This document shows positions 10,316-19,389 of a stretch of DNA of 64,000 nucleotides, piece by piece. The translations under genes and the position numbers were made by a program. This stretch comes from a virus. Positions within the stretch are counted from its first letter, which is position 1, and each line of letters begins with the position of its first letter. The notes below the pieces were generated by a model. The model saw only the letters and a list, made by a program, of their open reading frames with translations. It was not told where the DNA came from and searched no databases. The stretch covers positions 56,022-120,021 of IMG/VR virus record IMGVR_UViG_3300044981_000204; one strand, 5' to 3'.

Positions 10316-11841
10316 TAGAACGGCTCCACCTTCCCAACTACCTCCTTGGGCACGTCGAACGGCTGTGTTTGCTTATTGAAGGACCTCAGAGACCAGAGGT
10401 TGGTGCCGCGTCCCTTAAGGTTCTTGAATGTGTGGTCTGCCCCCACGTCCCGGAGCATGGACGCTATCTTCTGCCTCTTGAAGTCGGTCAGCTTCATGTG
10501 CGTCAGGAATGTTTGCAGGTCCTGCAACCTGAAGTACGTCCTGCTGCCCTCGGTATACGGCTTGCCGAGCACCACCTCCTCAAGGGATATGGCCTGCGCG
10601 CGCCCAGTGCAGAACTTCTCCACGGCCTCCCAGAACTGGCCCTCCGGCGAGGAGTCCTCCGACGCCTCTATGATGGTTATCCCGTCCATAGCGTGCTGGA
10701 CAGCCGCCTGCCAGTTCACGGCAGAAGGCATCGGCGGCATCAAGTTGAGGGACTCCATGCACTTCCTCTGGAAGCGCCTTGGGTCCTGCAGGTCCTCGGT
10801 GGCTAGCTCCATCCTGGTGCCGTCTATCTCCCAAAACCAGACCGGGGGCCTGGTGTTCAGCTTGCTTAATCCACCCAGCGTGGGGAACTTGCCGTTTGCC
10901 CCGCTACCTACGCCGAACTTCCTCGTCCTGCAAAGCGTCGCGTTGCAGTGGCTGCATATTGGTTCCCTAGAACAGCTATAGGTGTAGTCCTTCTTCCTGA
11001 GCGACTTTGAGACCCCCTGGACCTCGGAGGCGAGGAGCGGGGGACTCATATACTTATAGTTGTACTGGTCGAGGGCCCGCTCCCAGTCGTCAGGTTGAGA
11101 CAGCTTAAGGTAGACGCCAATGTTGTAGAGGCCGTTGTTGCGCGACCCCGTCGGGTAGCCAACCTGCGACAGGGCCTGCAGGCACGGGGGACCATCCTCG
11201 AACTCCGACTCGAGGACTAATTTGGAGTTGAACCACTCGGGCGACTGCCTGCACTCGTCGGCATACCTTAAGAACTGTTCGGGAGTTAGGGCGTTTCCCT
11301 CCATGTCCACGGCGTAGCGCATACCGCGGACTCCGCTGAAGTAGGGCACATTGATCCAGCTCCCAACGTCTGACTGCTCGACCAGGATGTGGGACTGCTT
11401 CGGGAAGATCTCCTGTTTACCGTAGCCGAGCAAAGACGCTACCTCACCAAGCTTTATCCTCATGGCCGAGGCAGGGATCGGCTGTCTGGAGAAGCAGTAG
11501 AGGTGGGCTCCCCCCGACTTGGTGCGGCAGACGACCAAAGGGATGTTGCTCCGCTTTAGCTTAACAACCAGGGTTCGATGGTCGAGGTTATAGATGTCGA
11601 CGTCTATGGCGCCAAAGACGCACGTGCTGTCCTCACGTATGGGAACTATGCCCAGGCCGTGGCCTCCCGCCAGGTGATCCTCCCACAGAGCCAAAGTGAC
11701 CGGGGCCCGCTTGGTCTGAGCGACGCCGACTTTTTTGCCGTCATCCCGTGAGCTGTTCACATCGTAGGTGCCGTAGGCGGTGCTCATGCCAGCAAATAGC
11801 TGGTTGAACTGTTCAGCTAACGATGTAGTGGTGCTACTCAT
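10315..11841 (-). CDS. Phage DNA primase (AEP-like with PriCT-like C-terminal region)
   Basis: FGAIDVD, RTKSGGAHLY, GSWINVPY, PPCL...GSRNNGLY motifs. Confidence 0.82.
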   Translation of the reverse strand: MSSTTTSLAEQFNQLFAGMSTAYGTYDVNSSRDDGKKVGVAQTKRAPVTLALWEDHLAGGHGLGIVPIREDSTCVFGAIDVDIYNLDHRTLVVKLKRSNIPLVVCRTKSGGAHLYCFSRQPIPASAMRIKLGEVASLLGYGKQEIFPKQSHILVEQSDVGSWINVPYFSGVRGMRYAVDMEGNALTPEQFLRYADECRQSPEWFNSKLVLESEFEDGPPCLQALSQVGYPTGSRNNGLYNIGVYLKLSQPDDWERALDQYNYKYMSPPLLASEVQGVSKSLRKKDYTYSCSREPICSHCNATLCRTRKFGVGSGANGKFPTLGGLSKLNTRPPVWFWEIDGTRMELATEDLQDPRRFQRKCMESLNLMPPMPSAVNWQAAVQHAMDGITIIEASEDSSPEGQFWEAVEKFCTGRAQAISLEEVVLGKPYTEGSRTYFRLQDLQTFLTHMKLTDFKRQKIASMLRDVGADHTFKNLKGRGTNLWSLRSFNKQTQPFDVPKEVVGKVEPF

Positions 11842-11853
11842 CGTTGCTTACTT

Positions 11854-12513
11854 TCACCTTTCCTCGTATCTTTTCAACCTGTTGGGAAGATTTTTTCCAT
11901 GGTTAATATACCAGCAGGTCCAGCAAGCACATCTACCGCTACTTGGATTTACATAGGTGTTTATTTCATCAAGTTGGTGGCCGTGTTTACATTGCTGTTT
12001 TCGTACAATTTGCTTGTGAATAGGAAGGGGTGTTGTTAATATGGCGTATGGTTTTAGCTTATCTGGAAGATTGAGGCCTTTGCTAATATAATGACAAGTT
12101 AAACACACCCGCATATTGTCTGATGGACGAATGTAGGTGTTTACCTCGTTAAATGGATGGCCTCGTCGGCAGGATTGCTTCTTTACGCGCCTATAGCCAC
12201 TTGCGCCACCTCCGCCAAGGGTCATGTTGTAACCCCCCGGAACAAACGTATTTAGTTCCAAAATCCATCGAACTTCTTTAGTGTTTAGTTCTTCACGTGA
12301 ACTTGCTTCATCAATGATCCGCAAAATGAAGGCCTCTTTTCCATATTTGCAGATAACATGGCAAAGAATCTCTGTAGCACCTATTCGAGCACGACGGCGA
12401 TGATGCTTCCACCTTTTTTTAAGCGAACCAACAGTCTGTCCAATGTACTGTTCTCCAGTAATCGTGTTCAATATGGCGTAGATGATTCCAAAGGGTTTTG
12501 AAATTTGACCCAT
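11854..12513 (-). CDS. GIY-YIG homing endonuclease with two C-terminal Cys/His repeats
   Basis: GIIYAI...YIGQT...RW..H, GYNMTLGG; two CxxGH...NTY...CxxC modules; AT-richer than flanks; true start is probably ATG 12513, not 13086. Confidence 0.85.
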   Translation of the reverse strand: MGQISKPFGIIYAILNTITGEQYIGQTVGSLKKRWKHHRRRARIGATEILCHVICKYGKEAFILRIIDEASSREELNTKEVRWILELNTFVPGGYNMTLGGGGASGYRRVKKQSCRRGHPFNEVNTYIRPSDNMRVCLTCHYISKGLNLPDKLKPYAILTTPLPIHKQIVRKQQCKHGHQLDEINTYVNPSSGRCACWTCWYINHGKNLPNRLKRYEER

Positions 12514-12575
12514 TTGCGCCCTTTTTTCAAGGCGCCGCACTAGTCGACTTAGCTGCGGCGCCAATTCGGCCGGGG

Positions 12576-13445
12576 CTAGAACGGCACCTCCTCCTTGTCG
12601 GTGGGGGCTTCTTCGAAGTCCTGTGGGGGAGCGGACACGCGGATGCGGCCGGCGACCGCGTCGACCGAGAACGCCTTGGCCATCTTGTACAGGTCCACGG
12701 ACTGGACCTCGCCCTCGGAGACTATCCTCCACCCAAACCAGTCGTAGCTGTCCTTGGTTTGTCCGACCGTGGTCAACCGGTAGACGTGGCTGTACGACGG
12801 GGGGTTGTACGCCCGACCCTGCGCGTCCTTCTTCATGATAGTGCGCATGGTCGTGTTCCAGGTCCTGGACGCCTTGAGCTGGGTCGAGTACATGGAGATG
12901 ATCCCGTACTCCGGGAACCCCTCGTCGTGCACGTGCAGTATGAAGTGGTACGCCGTGTCCACGACGATGTCTCGGGTTGCCTCGTCGAACATGCGGCCGC
13001 GGGGGTCGACCTTGAACGTCTTTAGGATGGGGTCCGTCTCCTTGTAGGAGCACACCAACCCGCCGCCGTCGTCGCGGTTCTTCCACCTTACGGCCAACTT
13101 GTTGTAGGCGCAGGGGACAACTGGGATGCCCTCCTCGCCGGGGTACAGGGCCCCAGTGACCGTGTTCATGATCATGCCGGCCTCGGCTCCCTTGATGAAC
13201 TTGGAGTTGGCCCTGCTGACCTGGGGGCTTCCCTTCTGCAGGATGGTGAGGAAGGGCACCGCGAAGTCGTTGGCGCCCAGGTTCTGGAGACCGCCTCCGG
13301 CGTCCTCCATGAACAGTTCTGATAGTGGCCGGTCGACCTGGCCGTTGCCAGCGGCCGTCTGGAGCGCGGTACCTTGGTTGGCCGGCTCCGCCGCGACTGG
13401 CGGCGGGGGCGCGGCGGTTTCTGCCGTGGTCTGGTGCTTTGCCAT
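12576..13445 (-). CDS. ssDNA-binding protein-like phage replication protein
   Basis: PFLTILQKGSPQ, MYSTQLKASRTWNT motifs; acidic C-tail ending EEVPF. Confidence 0.7.
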   Translation of the reverse strand: MAKHQTTAETAAPPPPVAAEPANQGTALQTAAGNGQVDRPLSELFMEDAGGGLQNLGANDFAVPFLTILQKGSPQVSRANSKFIKGAEAGMIMNTVTGALYPGEEGIPVVPCAYNKLAVRWKNRDDGGGLVCSYKETDPILKTFKVDPRGRMFDEATRDIVVDTAYHFILHVHDEGFPEYGIISMYSTQLKASRTWNTTMRTIMKKDAQGRAYNPPSYSHVYRLTTVGQTKDSYDWFGWRIVSEGEVQSVDLYKMAKAFSVDAVAGRIRVSAPPQDFEEAPTDKEEVPF

Positions 13446-13490
13446 GCTGTTCTACTTTCTCCTTCTGCTTTGTTTTAATTCTAAGAAATG

Positions 13491-13823
13491 TTAACTACCA
13501 CTGAGCAATCTTCTGCTCAATATTGAGAGTGCTTGCTTCTCCTGCTTTGTTAAGCCCTCTTCTGGAACAACGTCTTGTACGAATCCAGCCACGCGTCCAG
13601 GCTGGTATGGGGCCAACAGACCACATATTTCTGCAAATCTAGACCTAATTATGCCAGCAACACACTGTTGACATAGGTCGGAGTGCTGCCACTTTGAAGG
13701 AAACTTGATGTGTATGGAGATATCCGAAGAATCTCCGATGGTAGTCCCGTAGGCGCGGTTGGCGACTGGATTTTGCGGCGTAGTCAATGCTCCGCAGCTA
13801 TCGCACTTTTGAACATGAGCCAT
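13491..13823 (-). CDS. Hypothetical Zn-finger protein
   Basis: CDSC...CQQC; SD present. Confidence 0.55.
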   Translation of the reverse strand: MAHVQKCDSCGALTTPQNPVANRAYGTTIGDSSDISIHIKFPSKWQHSDLCQQCVAGIIRSRFAEICGLLAPYQPGRVAGFVQDVVPEEGLTKQEKQALSILSRRLLSGS

Positions 13824-13826
13824 CGA

Positions 13827-14069
13827 TTACTCCTTCTCCTCGAAATATCCAGCGTAGACCCTTCGCATCATTCGCTTGTCCTTGCCGTGGACGTGGACTA
13901 GATTGTCCGTAGAATACCAATGGCGGTCGTCGCCGGCGAATTGAACTAGGCCCTCATCCCTGTCAAGCTTAACTACCACGTGCTTGAATCGAGAGTCTCG
14001 CTCCCCTGGGGAGTTTAGCACGTCACCAACCTTCACTTTCTTATTTAGCAATGATCTGATCCTGGCCAT
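13827..14069 (-). CDS. Hypothetical protein
   Basis: SD GGAG, packed ORF. Confidence 0.55.
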   Translation of the reverse strand: MARIRSLLNKKVKVGDVLNSPGERDSRFKHVVVKLDRDEGLVQFAGDDRHWYSTDNLVHVHGKDKRMMRRVYAGYFEEKE

Positions 14070-14072
14070 CGA

Positions 14073-14234
14073 CTACTCCAGTCCTACCCACCGCCTAGGT
14101 AGGTCCCTAGGCTCCCCTGGCCATGCTCTCGGGAGAGTCCAGTCGTGAAATCTCCAAGCCCACAGTCTGCCAAAGGATAGGCCGATTAGGGGATGGGCCA
14201 CGAGGTGGTGCACAAGCTGCCAGAATAGTCGCAT
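14073..14234 (-). CDS. Small phage protein (not in ORF track)
   Basis: 53 aa MRLFWQLVHHLVAHPL...FHDWT; fills the gap between neighbours. Confidence 0.55.
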   Translation of the reverse strand: MRLFWQLVHHLVAHPLIGLSFGRLWAWRFHDWTLPRAWPGEPRDLPRRWVGLE

Positions 14235-14247
14235 TTCAGCTAATCCC

Positions 14248-14835
14248 TTACTTAGGTAGTGAGATCGTCGCGACCTTCTCGACGTAGATCGAGAAGACGT
14301 CGGTCGGCGTCGGTAGGCCGTCCTCTAGCCTCCGCTTCACGAAGGCCTTGAGGGTCGACGGGTGGACCGACCTGCTGTTGCTGTAGCTGTACCCGTGCTT
14401 CTTGAGCACCTCCATCAGGGCAGAGGCCTCGTCGTCCTGGCCTTTGCCAAATGGCACCTCCACCTTGTTCTTTATGATCCCATCGTTGTCCGTCTCCTTG
14501 AGCCACTCGAACGCCCTCTCCTGGTTCTCCTGGGTGATCCCGGCGTGGATCTTCTCCTCGATCGAGACGACGAACCCATTTGTTAGTACGAATTTCCGCA
14601 TGCCCATGGACTCGACCAAGGTGGGTAGGTCGCCTTTCTGCACCTTGGCTAGCTGGGACCTGGCGTCCTCCAGCTCCCTCTCCTTGTCCGAGACCAGCTT
14701 CAGGAGCCTGAGCTGCTCGTTCGCCAGCTGGGCCACCGTGGCCAGCTCCTGGTCGCTGGGGACCCGCGACCTTGCTTCTTCTGCGTCCGCCGCCATCAGC
14801 GCGGAAAGGTCCTCGCCCATGTTGTCTGCCTCCAT
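14248..14835 (-). CDS. Conserved phage replication-module protein
   Basis: AFEWL...DGIIKNKVEVPFGKG...VHPSTLKAFVK, a pattern typically adjacent to this SSB type. Confidence 0.7.
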   Translation of the reverse strand: MEADNMGEDLSALMAADAEEARSRVPSDQELATVAQLANEQLRLLKLVSDKERELEDARSQLAKVQKGDLPTLVESMGMRKFVLTNGFVVSIEEKIHAGITQENQERAFEWLKETDNDGIIKNKVEVPFGKGQDDEASALMEVLKKHGYSYSNSRSVHPSTLKAFVKRRLEDGLPTPTDVFSIYVEKVATISLPK

Positions 14836-14885
14836 ATGGTTGATTGCATTACAATATTAACACGGGGTTTGTCGGGGGGCTCGGG

Positions 14886-15326
14886 TTAGCCCACACCAGG
14901 GCGGTTGAAGATTGCCAAACTAAGCTCGAACCAGTTGAACGGCTTCCTACAGCTGTAGAGGGGTAGCGGGAGGTCGTCGGCATCCACGTGGAACGATTTT
15001 CCCTCCTTCACCACCGAGTGGGGGGCTAGGACCACGTCCACTGCTCGGTAGAGCATCGCCTGATCGTCCCTGCGAGCTAGGACTAGGACCCTCCCCCCAA
15101 CCCTGTCCCTCTCCACCACCCACGACCTTTGGCTGGACCTGAAGTAAAGCCTCCTACCGTGGAAGATCTTCAGCTCGATCCAGACCTCCTGGCCCCGTCG
15201 ACAGCCGTTCACGTCGCTGATGCCCGTTCCCGCGACGTTCTCTATGCGGCACAAGTGGGTTAGGTCGTCCGAGAGGCCCGTTCGGACCTGTTGCCAGAAA
15301 TAGGACTCGGTCACCTGTTGACGCAT
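14886..15326 (-). CDS. PD-(D/E)XK nuclease, Holliday-junction resolvase-like
   Basis: RIEN...GISDV...WIELK...Q..W. Confidence 0.78.
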   Translation of the reverse strand: MRQQVTESYFWQQVRTGLSDDLTHLCRIENVAGTGISDVNGCRRGQEVWIELKIFHGRRLYFRSSQRSWVVERDRVGGRVLVLARRDDQAMLYRAVDVVLAPHSVVKEGKSFHVDADDLPLPLYSCRKPFNWFELSLAIFNRPGVG

Positions 15327-15620
15327 CTTATGGTCCCCAAGCCATGATAGCTCTTATTTCTTGGTCCTCGTACCTAGCCACGCCATAGCTTAGTTCAGTC
15401 AAACCCACCAACCGTCCATGAGAGAGCTGGTTCCAGTGCTTGAACAACCTACCTCCAGGCGGGACCAGGCACCGGCCGACCGGTCGGGGAGGTGGGAACG
15501 GCTCCACCTGGCTCATCATACCGGCGACCCGCCGACGCCAGTCGTACTCGTGGCGGCAGGACCCTGACCCAGAGCAGACTGAAGCTAGCTCTTGGGGAGG
15601 TAGGTTGCAGGTGACACAGT

Positions 15621-16424
15621 TCATATTGCTACCTCCGCAACTGCTAAAATCTTTTCTGCGATAAGCCTTTTTCTTTCGAGGGAAGGCCCTTTTCTTCCCC
15701 AAACAGTTTTAATGAGCTTTAAGGCATTCTTATGGTGGACCGCACATTGGAATGTCGTAGTGCAGCTGCTGCTCGATACGATGTTAGGCCTAAACCCAGT
15801 CACGTTATCGACGTACTCCGTAAAAGCATACACTACTGCGCGAGTGCCACAGGTTTGAACCAATGGATGACGCCAGTCGTGTCCTCTGATGCCGATAGCC
15901 CCATCTCCATCGAGCTGTCCTCGCCAGAAATCAGCATTGAAGCTTAATTCCGGTGGAACTGTTGCATCATATGACTTCTTGGGGGTGAAACCTAATTCAG
16001 TTAAACGGGCACCTAGTTTGTGGGCAACTATCATTATGCCCGTTACTTCACCTTTTTGACCCCATCCATTGTTAGGCTTCGTGCGGATCGAATCTTCGTC
16101 CGCCCCTATGAACCTAACGAAGTTTACTACTTGATCAGAATCTTTTGACGCAAGCCAAAGTGACAGAAGGTGGGCACCATCTCGCCTATATGACAACGAG
16201 CCGTCAGCAAGTAAAAACCCCACCCAATAAGCTGCTTCATCACTTATTGGAGAATTGAAGGTGTCGTGCCGCACATTCTTGTGCTTCCAAGCAATCCTAA
16301 TAGTAGGGGTCTTGTGCAAATTACAACGCTTCGGTCCTCCTGGGTGTGTCTTCTCTAGAGAGTTGCTCCAGTATCTAAAGAATTTCTCACCACAAATATT
16401 GCAGAAGAACTCTAAATTAGGCAA
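15621..16424 (-). CDS. LAGLIDADG homing endonuclease
   Basis: AYWVGFLLADGSL and FWRGQLDGDGAI; AT-richer; probable TTG start at 16424 overlapping the polymerase stop. Confidence 0.85.
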   Translation of the reverse strand: MPNLEFFCNICGEKFFRYWSNSLEKTHPGGPKRCNLHKTPTIRIAWKHKNVRHDTFNSPISDEAAYWVGFLLADGSLSYRRDGAHLLSLWLASKDSDQVVNFVRFIGADEDSIRTKPNNGWGQKGEVTGIMIVAHKLGARLTELGFTPKKSYDATVPPELSFNADFWRGQLDGDGAIGIRGHDWRHPLVQTCGTRAVVYAFTEYVDNVTGFRPNIVSSSSCTTTFQCAVHHKNALKLIKTVWGRKGPSLERKRLIAEKILAVAEVAI

Positions 16425-18444
16425 GTTCCACCGCCTCTTTTGCGGAGCCCCAACTGTCCCCAATCGCCGCGTCAGCCACCACAGGTATCTCTAACTGCAC
16501 GCAGGTCTCCATCACTTGCTTATACAGCCTAACCTCATTAGCGTCAGTCACGGAAGCACAAGCTTCATCATGAACGATTAGCCCCGGAACATGCCCATGG
16601 TCGTAGTACAGCACGTGAAGAGCCTGCTTCAACTGATCTGAAGCGGATCCTTGTATCAGCGAATTGCCGGCCTTATGGGTCCCGAACCTTTGGAGCCTGC
16701 GCCCCGGCCATTGCTGTTCTGCTTGCAGTCTCGGCAACCCCCTATACGCATGGTTTCTATCTTCCTTTGACTCTGGGACTGGTTCAAACAGGTTGAATCG
16801 CCGCCTTCTGCCTAAGATCGTGGTGATGTAGCCGCGCTCCTGCGCCACGGTCATGGCCTTCGTGGCAAGTCCCTTCACGAAGGGAAGGGCTGCATGGTAC
16901 ACTGACAAGATCTCCTGTCCCTCAGGGATTGAGACATTGAGCTGCCTGCACAGTTTTTGCAGACCCATCCCGTAAGAAATCCCGAGCGAGATACTCTTGA
17001 TCTGCTTCCTCTTGAAGGTCCTTCCCGAAGCCTTGTTGACGATGTCCGTAGTGAATTGGTGGTAGTCCAACTTAGGGTTGGCCCGAAATGCTTCAACAGT
17101 TGCATCAGCTCCAGGCAAGTGGCATAGGCTGGCAAAGTGAACGTTGAGGCGAACCTCTTGTTGTGAGTAATCGAGTTTCCCGAACAGTTTCCCCTCATCG
17201 GCAATGAACAGTTTACGAACCTCTTCTGCCCACACCGGGCTGTCCTTCCCCCACAGGTCGTCGTCGTGACGAGCTGGTACTTGTTGGAGATTTATATGAC
17301 TAGAGGAGAATCGCCCGCTCCTCGTTCCTTGCCCATCCTGGCGGAGTTGATGAAACTGGCAGTGTATCCTACCGTTGATGTTCTCCTTGATGATGTCGCC
17401 CACGAGGAACTCGTCCCGAAGAGTGCAAAGCTTCTTCTTCTTGAGGATGATCCTGGACAGGGGGTCCTTCTGCAGGCCGAACCACTCCGCGACGAAGGAA
17501 GCGTTCCCCAAAGCAGTGTACTTCAAATTGGCCGCGACGTTGAGCTCCGGCATCCTTGCTCCCAGCACCTCATACGCGCGCGTCAGGTCCTTACCCGAGT
17601 CCAAGTTCGGGTCGAATCCCACCAACTTCTTAATCTCGAGGGAGTACTTGTCTATCTCCTTGGTGAGGACCTTGCACAGTGCCTCGGCCTTCTCGAGGTC
17701 CACCCTAACTCCCTGTATGCGCATCCTAAGGAGGATTGGAACCAGCGAGGACTCGAGGTTGAAGATGCTGCGGAGGTTTTCGGCATCTATAAACTTTGAT
17801 TGCTTCTCGTAGATCCTTCTAGGCCTGTCCACGTCCCCCTCGGCATAGGCGCCGACGTACTCTGGGGGAAGCATCCAGAGGTCCTTCTTTGGGTCGAACG
17901 ATATGGGGCGCCTGCAGGCTCGGTCCTTGTACCCGCTGATGTACCTTGACGCAGCCTCCCGGAGCAACTCCTCCTCCTTGCCCTCGCCGAGGTACTTCTT
18001 GGAGAGGACCTCGAGGCTGTAGCCCTCGGCCGTCTCCTCGTCGAGGAGAGGCTCAGCTATTTGGACATCCCTCCTGACCACATCGTCGTGGAACTTGACG
18101 TCTTCGAACCACAAAGATTCTTCGTCGTAGAGCAAATTCGCTCCGTACAACTCTCCCCGAAAGTGCTTTACTTGATCGTGCAGCCAGTCAAAAACCGCAT
18201 TGGGTGCTAAGTTTTGGCCTTGTGCGTGCCTAACTGGGTAGTAGCCGGAGAAGCCCTCAACGTGGACCGCGACGCCGCAGATGAAGCTCTCCCCCCGAAG
18301 AAAACCTGGGCCTTTTTCTTGTAAGTGTGGGTCTCGAGTCTCGCAGTCCAGCGACCACCACTTAGCCTCGCTGATGTTGGGGAAGGAGTCCGGAGGCCTC
18401 CAGCTAGACTCCGGCATCAGCTCTGGAAAACAAGGTTGCAGCAC
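16417..18444 (-). CDS. polA: DNA polymerase family A with 3'-5' exonuclease
   Basis: LDCET exo I, TRSGRFSSSHINLQQVP, DYSQQEVR (motif A), RKQIKSISLGISYGMG (B), IVHDE (C). Confidence 0.95.
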   Translation of the reverse strand: MLQPCFPELMPESSWRPPDSFPNISEAKWWSLDCETRDPHLQEKGPGFLRGESFICGVAVHVEGFSGYYPVRHAQGQNLAPNAVFDWLHDQVKHFRGELYGANLLYDEESLWFEDVKFHDDVVRRDVQIAEPLLDEETAEGYSLEVLSKKYLGEGKEEELLREAASRYISGYKDRACRRPISFDPKKDLWMLPPEYVGAYAEGDVDRPRRIYEKQSKFIDAENLRSIFNLESSLVPILLRMRIQGVRVDLEKAEALCKVLTKEIDKYSLEIKKLVGFDPNLDSGKDLTRAYEVLGARMPELNVAANLKYTALGNASFVAEWFGLQKDPLSRIILKKKKLCTLRDEFLVGDIIKENINGRIHCQFHQLRQDGQGTRSGRFSSSHINLQQVPARHDDDLWGKDSPVWAEEVRKLFIADEGKLFGKLDYSQQEVRLNVHFASLCHLPGADATVEAFRANPKLDYHQFTTDIVNKASGRTFKRKQIKSISLGISYGMGLQKLCRQLNVSIPEGQEILSVYHAALPFVKGLATKAMTVAQERGYITTILGRRRRFNLFEPVPESKEDRNHAYRGLPRLQAEQQWPGRRLQRFGTHKAGNSLIQGSASDQLKQALHVLYYDHGHVPGLIVHDEACASVTDANEVRLYKQVMETCVQLEIPVVADAAIGDSWGSAKEAVELA

Positions 18445-18807
18445 CTATAGCCTCGGGTGCTCGGGAGGGTCGCCATCTTCGCGTGGATCTTCTTCACGTT
18501 TCGGAGCACCGCACGCTGAACAAGGATAACTGAGACAGGCCTTGCCGCACATCCAGCATGTTGGCGGCTCGTCACAGAAGTCAGAAGTCTTCTTGAAGCT
18601 TTCCTCATCAACCTCGCGTCCTGAGCTTTTTAAGGTGGACCTTTGCATCGTCTCGGGATTTCTTGGTGGTTCGCTAGACAAGTAGCTTTCCTCATGGTGC
18701 CTGAAGTTGTTTGCCCCGTCGTTCGCCGCGAAAGTTTCGTGCGGGCAGATGGTCCACCTGTAAGCATCGTCGAAGTACACTAGGCAGTCGGCACATTGCA
18801 CTATCAC
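18445..18807 (-). CDS. Hypothetical Cys-rich protein
   Basis: Several CxxC pairs; SD GAGGT. Confidence 0.5.
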   Translation of the reverse strand: MIVQCADCLVYFDDAYRWTICPHETFAANDGANNFRHHEESYLSSEPPRNPETMQRSTLKSSGREVDEESFKKTSDFCDEPPTCWMCGKACLSYPCSACGAPKREEDPREDGDPPEHPRL

Positions 18808-18813
18808 GGTTGT

Positions 18814-19389
18814 CTACCTCACCCCGCTTGACCCCAGCACCAGTGTGCTGCCGTCGGGTTGAATCTGTTCCCATGTTCGAAACCAGCTCCTGACCAGCGT
18901 CCCTACCCTGTCGCGCTCTGGCAGGTGGTGCCTTGTCCAAAGCTCCTTTGCCTCTGGGTGCGGGTACTCCTCCAGGAACACGATCCTAAGCGCCGAGGTG
19001 CTGAGGAGCATCTTGGTGCAAGAGGTGCAGGGGGACGTCGTGGTGTAGACGGTGTTGATCTTGGAGGTGTCGGGGCAGCGAAGGATCGCTGAAACTTCGG
19101 AATGGACCGCCAGGCAGCCGTCTAAGTCGGTTCCTGAAATGGCATGGGCTGCGGGGCACTCGTTCGCGGCATCTTCGCGGCAATGGGGCCAACCGCTGCT
19201 TGTACCATTGTGTCCTGTTGAGAGTATGAATTTGTGGTCGTCAATCAAAACTACGCCAACTTGGCGCCTGATGCAAGTGCCGCGGGTGGCGACTTCGCAA
19301 GCGATGTTCATAAAGAATTTGTCCCAGCTAGGCCGAAACATATGATTTAAACTTTTAAATTTTCGTTGAATCGCTCCAGGGTCATTCAT
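18814..19389 (-). CDS. dCMP deaminase family protein
   Basis: RGTCIRRQVG, GHNG, HSE, SPCTSC Zn motifs. Confidence 0.9.
   Translation of the reverse strand: MNDPGAIQRKFKSLNHMFRPSWDKFFMNIACEVATRGTCIRRQVGVVLIDDHKFILSTGHNGTSSGWPHCREDAANECPAAHAISGTDLDGCLAVHSEVSAILRCPDTSKINTVYTTTSPCTSCTKMLLSTSALRIVFLEEYPHPEAKELWTRHHLPERDRVGTLVRSWFRTWEQIQPDGSTLVLGSSGVR

Noticed and set aside
12514-13086. N-terminal extension of the 410-aa ORF 11854-13086
   Set aside because: Overlaps the SSB gene out of frame; the endonuclease motifs begin at ATG 12513
15621-16463. Group I intron or intein in polA
   Set aside because: polA is intact through motif C to its own stop; the LAGLIDADG gene is downstream and free-standing
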